Shown piece after piece: positions 19,436-28,442 of a stretch of DNA of 64,000 nt. Position 1 is the first letter of the stretch, and every line of letters starts with the position of its first letter. The notes under the pieces are model-generated. The model did no database searches. It was given only the letters and a program-made list of their open reading frames with translations, and had not been told where the DNA came from. Source of the DNA: Chloroflexota bacterium (GTDB lineage Bacteria; Chloroflexota; UBA11872; VXOZ01); the NCBI GenBank assembly GCA_964291655.2, contig OZ219802.1, forward strand, positions 320,001-384,000, given 5' to 3'. Position numbers and translations under genes: made by a program.

Positions 19436-21182
19436 ACCCATCAGTGCCGCACGTATTCGCATAATCCAGGTATTCTCGCTGATGGGGGCGTTCGTCATTG
19501 CTGGCGCGCTGATCTGGTTGCATGTCCTGGAAAGCGAAAGCCTGGCATCCCTCGCGCAGGAACAGTACCAACGTGATACCCAGATCGTGCCCCAGCGGGG
19601 CAGCATTCTTGACGCAAATCGCACACTACTGGCAACTGCAGAATACCTAAACGACGTGGAAGTAGCACCCAATGTCGTGCAGGGCAGTGGCATTTCGGCG
19701 AATGAAATTGCCAGTGAGTTGACGGTACTCCTCGGCATGCCTCAAGAGCAAATTGCCGCCCTAATTGATCAGCCTGACAAGCGATACGCTCTCTTGGCAA
19801 GGGGCGTAGCTCCGGACACAAGCGAACGCATCGAGCAACTTGTGCGATCCGGCGAAGTACCCGGAATCACACTTAGCGCCGTGCCTTATCGCACGTATCC
19901 GCTCGGCATGCTTGCCGCCCACGTAGTGGGCTTTTACAGCCAGAGCGGCAGCGGGCAATACGGAGTTGAAGGATTCTACGAGGACTTGCTGCAAGGAGCT
20001 CCGGGACGGCGGTTGAGCTCCAGCGCGCCATTCGGCGGTGAGGCAGGAGAGGCAACTTGGGTGCTGCAGCCCGCCGAACCCGGTGCAGATCTGGTCCTTA
20101 CGCTGGACGGCGCAGTGCAGCACATTGTAGAGAGAGAACTCGAAGCCGCATTAGAACGCTACGGCGCGTCGGCCGGCACGATTATTGTCATGGAACCGTA
20201 TACCGGGGCCATTATTGCCATGGCGAGCCGCCCAACGTACGACTCCAACAAGTATCAGGAGTTTCACAGCCCGAATGAAGATGCGTACGCCAACCCCGCC
20301 ATCAGCCTGTTGTATGAACCGGGCTCTACGTTCAAAGTCTTTACACTGGCCGGAGCTCTAGACGCCGGCATAATCACGCCTGAAGTCAAGTTCAACGATG
20401 TCGGAAGTATGGAGTACTGGGGCGTGGAGATAAAGAACTGGGATGAAAAGGGTCATGGCGAAAGCAATATGACCGATCTCATTGCTCGCTCTAGCAACGT
20501 TGGCGCCGTGTGGGTAGGAGACCAGTTGGGTAAAGACCTCTTTTACGAGTACGTCACCGCCTTTGGCTTTGGTGCGCCGACAGGCGTAGATCTTTGGGGC
20601 GAGGTGAATGGTCTTGTTCCTGATCCGAATTCGCGATACTGGTATCCGTCTAGTCTTGCAACCAACGCTTTCGGCCAAGGCATTGCCGTAACGCCGCTCC
20701 AACTCATCACCGCCGTATCGGCCCTCATCAATGACGGCGTACTCATGCAGCCCTATGTCGTACAGGAAGTCCACACGGAAGCGGGTGTGCAACGCATCGA
20801 GCCCAGAGCGGTGCGCCGCGTCGTGCGTAGGGACTCTGCCCGCACCCTCGTTTCGATGCTTGTGGAAGCAAGCCAGCGCTCAGAGAGCAAGATGCACATC
20901 GTTGATGGGTACGATGTTGCCGGAAAGACCGGCACAGCTTCTATTCCTCTAGAGACCGGTGGCTATCACGCAGAGTTGACCATCGCTTCATACGTAGGAT
21001 TTGGCCCTGTAGAGAGTCCCAGATTCGCGATCTTAGTCAAGATAGATCACCCGACCGTAGAGCCCTGGGGATCACTGGTCGCCGCGCCGGTGTTTCGCGA
21101 AGTTGCTTCCGAATTGTTCCGCTATTACCACATTCCGCCGTCAACTCCCCAGCAAACCCTTGTGCAGGAAGGTTCAAGCTGA
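19425..21182 (+). CDS. ftsI: Class B penicillin-binding protein (FtsI/SpoVD-like)
   Basis: N-terminal TM, PQRGSILD, SxxK (GSTFK), SxN (SSN), KTG; ATG 19425 overlaps ftsL end. Confidence 0.93.
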   Translation: MPGEPISAARIRIIQVFSLMGAFVIAGALIWLHVLESESLASLAQEQYQRDTQIVPQRGSILDANRTLLATAEYLNDVEVAPNVVQGSGISANEIASELTVLLGMPQEQIAALIDQPDKRYALLARGVAPDTSERIEQLVRSGEVPGITLSAVPYRTYPLGMLAAHVVGFYSQSGSGQYGVEGFYEDLLQGAPGRRLSSSAPFGGEAGEATWVLQPAEPGADLVLTLDGAVQHIVERELEAALERYGASAGTIIVMEPYTGAIIAMASRPTYDSNKYQEFHSPNEDAYANPAISLLYEPGSTFKVFTLAGALDAGIITPEVKFNDVGSMEYWGVEIKNWDEKGHGESNMTDLIARSSNVGAVWVGDQLGKDLFYEYVTAFGFGAPTGVDLWGEVNGLVPDPNSRYWYPSSLATNAFGQGIAVTPLQLITAVSALINDGVLMQPYVVQEVHTEAGVQRIEPRAVRRVVRRDSARTLVSMLVEASQRSESKMHIVDGYDVAGKTGTASIPLETGGYHAELTIASYVGFGPVESPRFAILVKIDHPTVEPWGSLVAAPVFREVASELFRYYHIPPSTPQQTLVQEGSS

Positions 21183-21187
21183 CAGCA

Positions 21188-22417
21188 ATGCTGCGAATTC
21201 TACCCAGGACTATTCCTGCGATCAGGGATGACGATGAACAACACGCGCGCTGGCCGGACGTTCCGCTGACCGTATTAATGCTGGCATTGCCTCTCATTGG
21301 TTTGATTGCCATCTATAGTGCCAGTATTGCCGTTGCCTATGCAGAGACTGGTGATCCACACTTCTACTTTCGTCGCCAGCTCTTGTTCCTCGTCGTGGGC
21401 TTTGCGGCAGCATTCACCATGATGCGGATTGACTATCATTGGTTTGGCCGCATTCAATTTCTCGGAATCAACCTTTCCTTCTGGCTCCTGGCAGCCGCAG
21501 TCGCAGTACTGGTGCTAATGGCGGTGACAGACATTGGCCACTTGTCTCGGGGGTCCGTACGCTGGATCCGATGGGGCCCGTTGAGCTTGCAACCCAGCGA
21601 ATTAGCAAAGCCCGTAATTGCTCTCTATCTCGCCCAGGTCCTTGCGAGGCGCGATAAGGGAGCCAACAGGCTCGTGTATTTTCTGGCACCCACTCTGCTG
21701 GTGGGGCTGATTGCCGCAATCATCGCTCAGCAACCGGACCTCGGCACTGCAATTATGATTTTGCTCATCGGCATGTCGATTCTCGTTGCGGCTCGCATTC
21801 CGCTTCTCTATCTTGCCGGCTTTATTGTCGCCGGATCGTTCGCCGCTTGGTACGCTATTGTGCTGCATCCCTATCGGCTGCAACGGCTCACTGCGTACCT
21901 TGACCCCTTCAACCCCCAATATCAAGACAACGTTGCGCACCACAACGTCCAGGCCCTTTACGCCTTTGCATCGGGAAAGATAACCGGCGTTGGCCTTGGT
22001 CGGGGGATGCAGAAGTTCTTCTACATGCCCGAGCCCCACACCGACACAATCTTTGCCGTCATCGGCGAAGAGTTGGGCCTTATCGGGACACTGGCGGTGC
22101 TCTCTCTCTTTGTACTACTGGCTTGGCGAGGGTTTGGCGTTGCCGTCAGAGCGCCGGATTTGTTTGGACAGTTGCTTGCCCTAGGACTAACGTGCGGACT
22201 CTTCGGCCAGGCGATCCTCAACATGGCGGTCGTAACCGGCATGCTGCCTTTTACCGGCATTCCACTCCCTTTCGTCAGTGCCGGCGGTTCGTCGCTTCTC
22301 GCCAGCTCAATTGCAATGGGCATACTGCTCAATATTTCGACTCAAACAACGCAAGTTACTAGGAAAAAGAACCGTCAAACCTGGAATTCCAGGCCCGACG
22401 GTGGTCGCCAAGTGTAA
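21188..22417 (+). CDS. ftsW: SEDS peptidoglycan glycosyltransferase FtsW
   Basis: RWI, QPSELAK, QPDLGT, PEPHTD, GEELG, TGIPLPFVSAGGSS. Confidence 0.95.
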   Translation: MLRILPRTIPAIRDDDEQHARWPDVPLTVLMLALPLIGLIAIYSASIAVAYAETGDPHFYFRRQLLFLVVGFAAAFTMMRIDYHWFGRIQFLGINLSFWLLAAAVAVLVLMAVTDIGHLSRGSVRWIRWGPLSLQPSELAKPVIALYLAQVLARRDKGANRLVYFLAPTLLVGLIAAIIAQQPDLGTAIMILLIGMSILVAARIPLLYLAGFIVAGSFAAWYAIVLHPYRLQRLTAYLDPFNPQYQDNVAHHNVQALYAFASGKITGVGLGRGMQKFFYMPEPHTDTIFAVIGEELGLIGTLAVLSLFVLLAWRGFGVAVRAPDLFGQLLALGLTCGLFGQAILNMAVVTGMLPFTGIPLPFVSAGGSSLLASSIAMGILLNISTQTTQVTRKKNRQTWNSRPDGGRQV

Positions 22418-22427
22418 GGGTTACGGG

Positions 22428-23849
22428 GTGAATGCGCACGAGTTACAACAATTTCTGGGGACCCAACCTCGCAACGTCCATCTCATTGGGGTGGGCGGCG
22501 CCGCTATGTCTGGACTCGCGCGCATACTTACGATACAAGGACATCAGATCAGCGGTTCAGATGTGGCTGCCTCCGACAACCTCGACACACTGCGCGATTT
22601 GGGCGCTACTGTGCACCTTGGGCATGCGGCTGCCAATGTCGCCGGCTCGGATCTCACCGTGTTCAGCTCCGCAATTTTGCCCGACAACCCCGAGTTGGCT
22701 GCATCTGAGCAAGATGGTATACCTACGGTCAATCGTGCTGTGCTCCAAGGTGCGCTGTCACTTGAAAAGACCACAATCGCCGTCGCAGGTACCCACGGCA
22801 AGACAACGACAAGCACCATGATCACGCACGCGCTGCGCGCCAACAGGCAGGACCCTTCATACATGATTGGCGGTGACCCACAGAATTTCCCTCACAGCTC
22901 TCATTGGGGCACCGGATCGATCATGGTGATTGAGGCAGATGAGTTTGACCACGCCTTCCTCGAACTATTCCCAAATGTCGTCGTCATTACCGCGGTCGAA
23001 GCCGACCACCTCGATACATACGGTTCGTTAGAGAACCTGGAAAGCGCATTCCGAGACCTTGTACACAAGCTGCCCGCTGACGGCACGGTTGCAACACACG
23101 CGGACAGCGTCACCTGCCGCCGCGTTGCCGCGGTAGCTGACAGTCGGCTGAGAACCTGGTCCTTACGCGGTAGAGCCCAATGGGTCTGTACAGAGCTCAC
23201 GCCTCGCAAGGGCAACGGATATGAAGCGACGATTCAAAGTGTCACTGGGGAGCGTCTTAGCCTCTCGCTGCGCATACCAGGTGTCCACAACGTCCTGAAT
23301 GCCTTAGCCTGCGTGACGGCGCTCGATGCTGTGGGCGTTCCTGCAAGCTCGGTTGTATTGGCACTCAGCCACTTTCAAGGGGTCAGGCGGCGCTTTGAAG
23401 TGAGGGGACGAGAGAACGGGGTTACGTTGGTGGATGACTACGCCCACCATCCTACGGAAGTCCGGGCAACATTGCGCGCTGCAAGAGATTGGCACGAGGG
23501 CCGCATAGTTTGCGTCTTCCAACCGCACTTACGCAGTCGAACTGCCGATCTCTTTGACGAGTTCGCCGAGGCATTTCGCGGCGCTGACGAGCTCATACTT
23601 GCCGAAATCTATCAGCCGACCGGGCGAGAAGACCCGTTGCCTCTCTCGAGTGCAGACCTTGCAGAAGCTGTAACCAGACCAGGAAATGCGCGGTACGCGG
23701 CAACACTGAGAGACGCCCTCACCCAAGTGATGCGATTGATCGAATCTGGCGATCTCATAATCGTCATGGGAGCGGGAGATATTACTGAGCTGTGCGACCC
23801 GCTTCTCGAGCATTTGCAGAATCGCATGCCAATGGAATCACCGTCGTGA
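22428..23849 (+). CDS. murC: UDP-N-acetylmuramate--L-alanine ligase
   Basis: HLIGVGGAAMSGLA, AGTHGKTTT, EADEFD, DHLD, DDYAHHPTE, FQPH. Confidence 0.96.
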   Translation: MNAHELQQFLGTQPRNVHLIGVGGAAMSGLARILTIQGHQISGSDVAASDNLDTLRDLGATVHLGHAAANVAGSDLTVFSSAILPDNPELAASEQDGIPTVNRAVLQGALSLEKTTIAVAGTHGKTTTSTMITHALRANRQDPSYMIGGDPQNFPHSSHWGTGSIMVIEADEFDHAFLELFPNVVVITAVEADHLDTYGSLENLESAFRDLVHKLPADGTVATHADSVTCRRVAAVADSRLRTWSLRGRAQWVCTELTPRKGNGYEATIQSVTGERLSLSLRIPGVHNVLNALACVTALDAVGVPASSVVLALSHFQGVRRRFEVRGRENGVTLVDDYAHHPTEVRATLRAARDWHEGRIVCVFQPHLRSRTADLFDEFAEAFRGADELILAEIYQPTGREDPLPLSSADLAEAVTRPGNARYAATLRDALTQVMRLIESGDLIIVMGAGDITELCDPLLEHLQNRMPMESPS

Positions 23850-24820
23850 GCCCTACTTCAATGCAATGCAAACGTCCGCCCACTGAGGAACCGGCTGCAC
23901 AAGGATTGGCCGGTATTGCTGCCGTCGCCGTACGATCGCCGCTCAACTTGAAGCCGGCGTGGCACGAGCCTCTGGCAAGGCACACGTCGGTGCGCGTGGG
24001 CGGCCCGGCCGACCTCCTTATTCGTGTACGCTCCGAAGGGGCACTGCGCGCATTGGCGGCAGTGGCCTACAAGCAGTCTCTTCCATTTCGTGTGATTGGA
24101 GACGGGACGAATCTCATTGCCGCCGATGCCGGAATACGCGGGTTAGTGATCCGAAACCATGGCGGCAGTCGCAGTCAATGTGCTGACGGCGTTTCAATTT
24201 GGGCAGAAGCGGGATGCTCTCTTATCAGCACAGCACGTTGGGCAGCGAGCTTGGGGCTATCCGGGCTTGAAGGCGCGGCAACTATTCCCGGAACAGTGGG
24301 TGGAGCGGTAGTCAACAATGCCGGCGCGTATGGGTGGACAACAGCGGAATCGGTCACACGCATTAAGGTATTGGACCGCCATGGTGAACGCTGGATACCC
24401 GCCGACGAAATGCGGTATGGCTATCGAACCAGCATTATCAAAGAGTGTCCTGGACATGCCGTGGTGTTGGGAGCCGAAATGCGGTTGGCGCCGGGTGACG
24501 CAAGTCGAATTCTATCCACAATACAAGAGCGGTTGCAAACGCGGCAGCGCACTCAACCTACTGCTCCAAGCTCCGGTTCGGTCTTCCGTAATCCTGACGG
24601 GCTTAGCGCCTGGAAGCTCATTGACGAGGCAGGTATGCGCGGACGGGAGAGAGGGGGTGCGCACGTCTCCCCGTTGCACGCCAATTTCATCATCAACAGC
24701 GGCTCGGCAACCGCAGCAGAAGTTTTCGCCTTAATTCGAGAAATCGAAGAAGCGGTGAAGGCTCGCCTGCACATTACATTGCAGCGGGAAATCGAATTCT
24801 TCGGCGCTTGGGAGCAATAG
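23846..24820 (+). CDS. murB: UDP-N-acetylenolpyruvoylglucosamine reductase
   Basis: HTSVRVGGPA, IPGTVGGAVVNNAGAYG, YRTS, GSVFRNP, HANFIIN; GTGA overlap with murC stop. Confidence 0.95.
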   Translation: MSPTSMQCKRPPTEEPAAQGLAGIAAVAVRSPLNLKPAWHEPLARHTSVRVGGPADLLIRVRSEGALRALAAVAYKQSLPFRVIGDGTNLIAADAGIRGLVIRNHGGSRSQCADGVSIWAEAGCSLISTARWAASLGLSGLEGAATIPGTVGGAVVNNAGAYGWTTAESVTRIKVLDRHGERWIPADEMRYGYRTSIIKECPGHAVVLGAEMRLAPGDASRILSTIQERLQTRQRTQPTAPSSGSVFRNPDGLSAWKLIDEAGMRGRERGGAHVSPLHANFIINSGSATAAEVFALIREIEEAVKARLHITLQREIEFFGAWEQ

Positions 24821-24824
24821 ACCG

Positions 24825-25622
24825 ATGTCAGCACGAGTGCAGAAACTTGAGACACCCGGCAAGGTCAGCAATGTGGGAGGGCCCTTTCGCCTCATAGGTC
24901 GAGGGGTGCGCACATTCGGCCATCGCTGGTTCTCACTGATGATCCTGTGTTCCGTTTCGATCGCACTGTGGGGAGCTCTCACCGCACCGGAGTTTCACGT
25001 GTCTATAGTTGCAATTCGGCGCATCACACCACCAACGCTTGCCGGGGATAACTCACTCGTGAAGATTCAGTCTTTTACGGGGCTCGTGGGACAATCCATC
25101 TTCTTGCTCGATCCTCATCAGGTAACGAATCAGATTACCCAATTGCCTGCGGTGGCAGCCGCAAGGCTCTTTCTCGTACTACCGAGCCGAGCGATAGTCG
25201 AGATGGCAGAACGGCAACCGGAAGCGCGTTGGATTGCCAATGGCCATATCTTCCTGATTTCGCGAGAGGGAGTAATCATAGGGAGCGGCGATGCTCCGGA
25301 TCTCACGCTGACCTTCATCGACACCACCGGTGCGCCGCTCCATACCGGAGACCTTGTTGACGCCAGCGCCGTGGAGACGGCATTCCTCTTACAGGATCTC
25401 TTGTCGCGCTCCGGAATTAGCATCAATGCTTTCAGGTATTCAACTCGAGAGGGTCTGTCCGTCGAAGCAGCGGAGGGATGGATCGCACAATACGGCAGCG
25501 GAGATCGCATAGTTGAAAAAACTCAGGAACTACTGACAGTCCTCCAGGTTGCGCAAGATCAGCAAATCTTGCTAGACGTCATAGACCTGCAACCAAGCCG
25601 GAGTCCGACATTTCGAACATAA
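24825..25622 (+). CDS. ftsQ: Cell division protein FtsQ/DivIB
   Basis: TM followed by POTRA-like segment (GQSIFLLD...LPAV...ERQP); position between murB and ftsA. Confidence 0.8.
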   Translation: MSARVQKLETPGKVSNVGGPFRLIGRGVRTFGHRWFSLMILCSVSIALWGALTAPEFHVSIVAIRRITPPTLAGDNSLVKIQSFTGLVGQSIFLLDPHQVTNQITQLPAVAAARLFLVLPSRAIVEMAERQPEARWIANGHIFLISREGVIIGSGDAPDLTLTFIDTTGAPLHTGDLVDASAVETAFLLQDLLSRSGISINAFRYSTREGLSVEAAEGWIAQYGSGDRIVEKTQELLTVLQVAQDQQILLDVIDLQPSRSPTFRT

Positions 25623-25666
25623 CTGCAACAGTTGATAATGGTACTTGACAGCCACCGATTTGGGAA

Positions 25667-25695
25667 TTGCTGAATGGCAGAATCCCAGGTATAAT
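25667..25695 (+). promoter_or_regulatory. Internal promoter for ftsA-ftsZ
   Basis: TTGCTG-17 nt-TATAAT in the 109-nt ftsQ-ftsA gap. Confidence 0.55.
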
Positions 25696-25731
25696 CTAAC
25701 CATTCTCTTCCCGCAAGGTAGGTAAAGGGAA

Positions 25732-26973
25732 TTGAGCAAGAACAATCTCATCGTCAGCCTTGACGTTGGAACGACCAAGACACGTGCGATCGCATGTGAT
25801 ACTGCGTCTGATGGTCTCCCGAGAATTGTGGGCTTAGGTATTGCGCCGACACACGGCGTGACTCGTGGCGCCGTGGTAGACATGGATGCCACCACTGGGT
25901 CAATCCGTACGTGCCTGGGGTATCTCCAACAGTCTCTCGGGCAAACACCACTCGCTACACATTTGAGCGTTAGTGGCTGCAATATCAGTTCGCAAATTGT
26001 GCGAGTTGAGACTGTGGTGAAGCAATCCAAAGGTGCGATTACCCATGCGGAAATCGACCATGTCTTGGAGTTGGCGCACAGGGCCTCGATACCAGAGGAT
26101 CGTCAAATAGTCACGGCATTCCCCGTTGGGTTTATGCTCGACGGCACTGAGGGAATTCGTGATCCCATCGGCATGTATGGAAACGTGCTCGGCGCGGAAG
26201 TCCACATGATTACGGCCAGCGTGGGGCCAATTCGTAATCTGACGTCCTGCGTCAATGCTGCAGAACTTGCTGTGGACGGAGAAATCACCGCCCAGGCCCT
26301 CGCCGCGGCAGAGGCCGTACTGTCGGACCAGGAAAAGCAGCTTGGCGTCGTCCTCGTCGACATTGGCGGCGGCACAACTGACATGGTGCTCTATACCGAT
26401 GGCGTACCATGGCATACCGCAAGTATCCCGCTTGGCGGCATTAATATTACCAAGGACATCTCATATGGCCTAAAATTGCCCCAGGATGTTGCGGAAGAAC
26501 TCAAGTTGCAGTACGCTACGGTAGTTGAAGAGGCACTTGACGACGAATCTGAAATCGATGCGCCTGGCTTCTATCCAGGTAAGTGGACGGTGCTCCAGCA
26601 GCGGGACCTTGCCATGATAGTAATGGCTCGCATGGAGGAGCTCTTAGAGTTGGTTAAGGATGAGATCCGTCGCACAGGATACTTCGATGTCTTGCCGGCC
26701 GGTGTTGTGTTTACAGGCGGCGGCTCGGAGTTACACGGTCTTGAGGAGTTAGCAACAGCAGTTCTGGGTCTACCTGTGCGGCAGGGAGTAGTCCCCCTAA
26801 TGCGGGGATTGAATGAGGACATTTGTCGACCGGAGTTTGCCACCAGTGTCGGCCAGATATTGTATGCCGCTAAACTTCAGCGGGCACGGGTGCGGCGCCC
26901 CATGAGCGCTGCACTTGGTATAGTGGCAGAGAGACTTGGGTCGCTCATGCGATCTCTTATTCCGATGAGTTAA
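25732..26973 (+). CDS. ftsA: Cell division protein FtsA
   Basis: LDVGTTK, DPIGM, VDIGGGTTD, GVVFTGGG, C-terminal amphipathic helix. Confidence 0.96.
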   Translation: MSKNNLIVSLDVGTTKTRAIACDTASDGLPRIVGLGIAPTHGVTRGAVVDMDATTGSIRTCLGYLQQSLGQTPLATHLSVSGCNISSQIVRVETVVKQSKGAITHAEIDHVLELAHRASIPEDRQIVTAFPVGFMLDGTEGIRDPIGMYGNVLGAEVHMITASVGPIRNLTSCVNAAELAVDGEITAQALAAAEAVLSDQEKQLGVVLVDIGGGTTDMVLYTDGVPWHTASIPLGGINITKDISYGLKLPQDVAEELKLQYATVVEEALDDESEIDAPGFYPGKWTVLQQRDLAMIVMARMEELLELVKDEIRRTGYFDVLPAGVVFTGGGSELHGLEELATAVLGLPVRQGVVPLMRGLNEDICRPEFATSVGQILYAAKLQRARVRRPMSAALGIVAERLGSLMRSLIPMS

Positions 26974-26993
26974 CTTTACGTAGGGTGGTGCGC

Positions 26994-28181
26994 ATGGCAA
27001 GTGGTGCAGAAAACCGCATTTCTCGACTTCCCTCAAGTTCGAGTGATGAATCGGGACGATTGGACCCCAGACAGCGCCAAGAATCCTGGGCCCACATCAA
27101 GGTTGTAGGCGCAGGCGGGGCAGGCGGCAACGCAGTAGACCGCATGATTCAGAGCGGTGTAAGTGGCGTTGAGTTTATTGCCGTGAACACCGATGCGCAG
27201 ACTTTGATGAGTTCCCAGGCCGAAAGACGAATCCGCATTGGCGACAAACTCACGAAGGGTCTGGGAGCCGGCGGACAACCCTCAGTAGGCGAAAAGGCAG
27301 CGGAAGAAGCCTACGAAGAGTTGCAGGATGCCCTGCGCGGCTCGGATATGGTATTCATTGCCGTTGGCATGGGAGGTGGAACCGGTACTGGTTCTGCGCC
27401 CGTCATTGGCGAAATCTCCCGAAACATCGCAGCCCTTACGGTCGGTGTCGTGACACGACCGTTTACATGGGAAGGCGTACCGCGCAAACGCATAAGCGAA
27501 GAAGGCATTCGCAATATTCGAGAGCATGTAGACACGCTCATCACCATCCCGAATGATCGAATTCTAGAGATTGCCCCTAAGAATACGCCGATTACGGAAG
27601 CATTTCGTTTGGCAGATGAGGTGCTGCGCCAGGCTGTGCAGGGCATTTCAGATCTCATTACACAACCTGGACTCATTAACCTTGACTTCAATGACGTCAA
27701 GGCGATAATGCAGAATTCCGGTACTGCCTATATGGCAATTGGGTACGGAAGTGGTGAGAACCGCGCTGCGGACGCAATGCGAGACGCTTTGGCCAATCCG
27801 TTGCTTGAAATGTCCATAGACGGCGCTAAGGGCATTTTGCTCAACTTCACCGGCGGGCCGGATATGAGCCTGCACGAAGTCTCGCAAGCAGCCGAGATCA
27901 TTTCCAATGCCGCCGATCCTGATGCCCAGATCATCTTCGGATCCGTTATCGAAGAATCTATGAGCTCCGACATTCAGATTACTGTCATTGCCACCGGCTT
28001 TGACGAACAAGACATTCGCCGCCCGGGTATGCGGGGCGCTGTGGAGCCTCGTAGCCCAGATTCCGGGGATCGGCCTTCTGTCATTCCAATTGGAACAGAA
28101 GAAATCGACGAAGTCGATGCGGAGCACGACCTTGAGGTGCCGACTTTCTTGCGGAAACGCATGAACCGCCAGGACCGCTGA
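26994..28181 (+). CDS. ftsZ: Cell division GTPase FtsZ
   Basis: GGAGGNAV, NTDAQ, GMGGGTGTG, INLDFND, C-terminal peptide LEVPTFLRKR. Confidence 0.99.
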   Translation: MASGAENRISRLPSSSSDESGRLDPRQRQESWAHIKVVGAGGAGGNAVDRMIQSGVSGVEFIAVNTDAQTLMSSQAERRIRIGDKLTKGLGAGGQPSVGEKAAEEAYEELQDALRGSDMVFIAVGMGGGTGTGSAPVIGEISRNIAALTVGVVTRPFTWEGVPRKRISEEGIRNIREHVDTLITIPNDRILEIAPKNTPITEAFRLADEVLRQAVQGISDLITQPGLINLDFNDVKAIMQNSGTAYMAIGYGSGENRAADAMRDALANPLLEMSIDGAKGILLNFTGGPDMSLHEVSQAAEIISNAADPDAQIIFGSVIEESMSSDIQITVIATGFDEQDIRRPGMRGAVEPRSPDSGDRPSVIPIGTEEIDEVDAEHDLEVPTFLRKRMNRQDR

Positions 28182-28210
28182 CGGTTCTTCCGCACGCGCC
28201 ACGAAAGCAG

Positions 28211-28252
28211 CAAAGAGGGCGAAGAGGTATTCTCTCCGCCCTCTTTGTTATT
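28211..28252. terminator. Probable (bidirectional) terminator after ftsZ
   Basis: CAAAGAGGGCG...CGCCCTCTTTG 11-bp stem followed by TTATT. Confidence 0.75.
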
Positions 28253-28442
28253 GTGCCTGCTACTTTCCCAATCCCGGCCACACGCGTGGCGGTCTCGTAC
28301 TACCCAATCAGGCTCCCTCAGCGTGTCCACTCTTCGTCTGCCCCGCATTGCCGAGAGGCGTCCCGCGCCGCCATTGCGCCAATCGGTCGAAGCGCATTCC
28401 AAGTCTTGAGTGTTCTGCGATTCCACGTCCGGGGCGGTCGCA

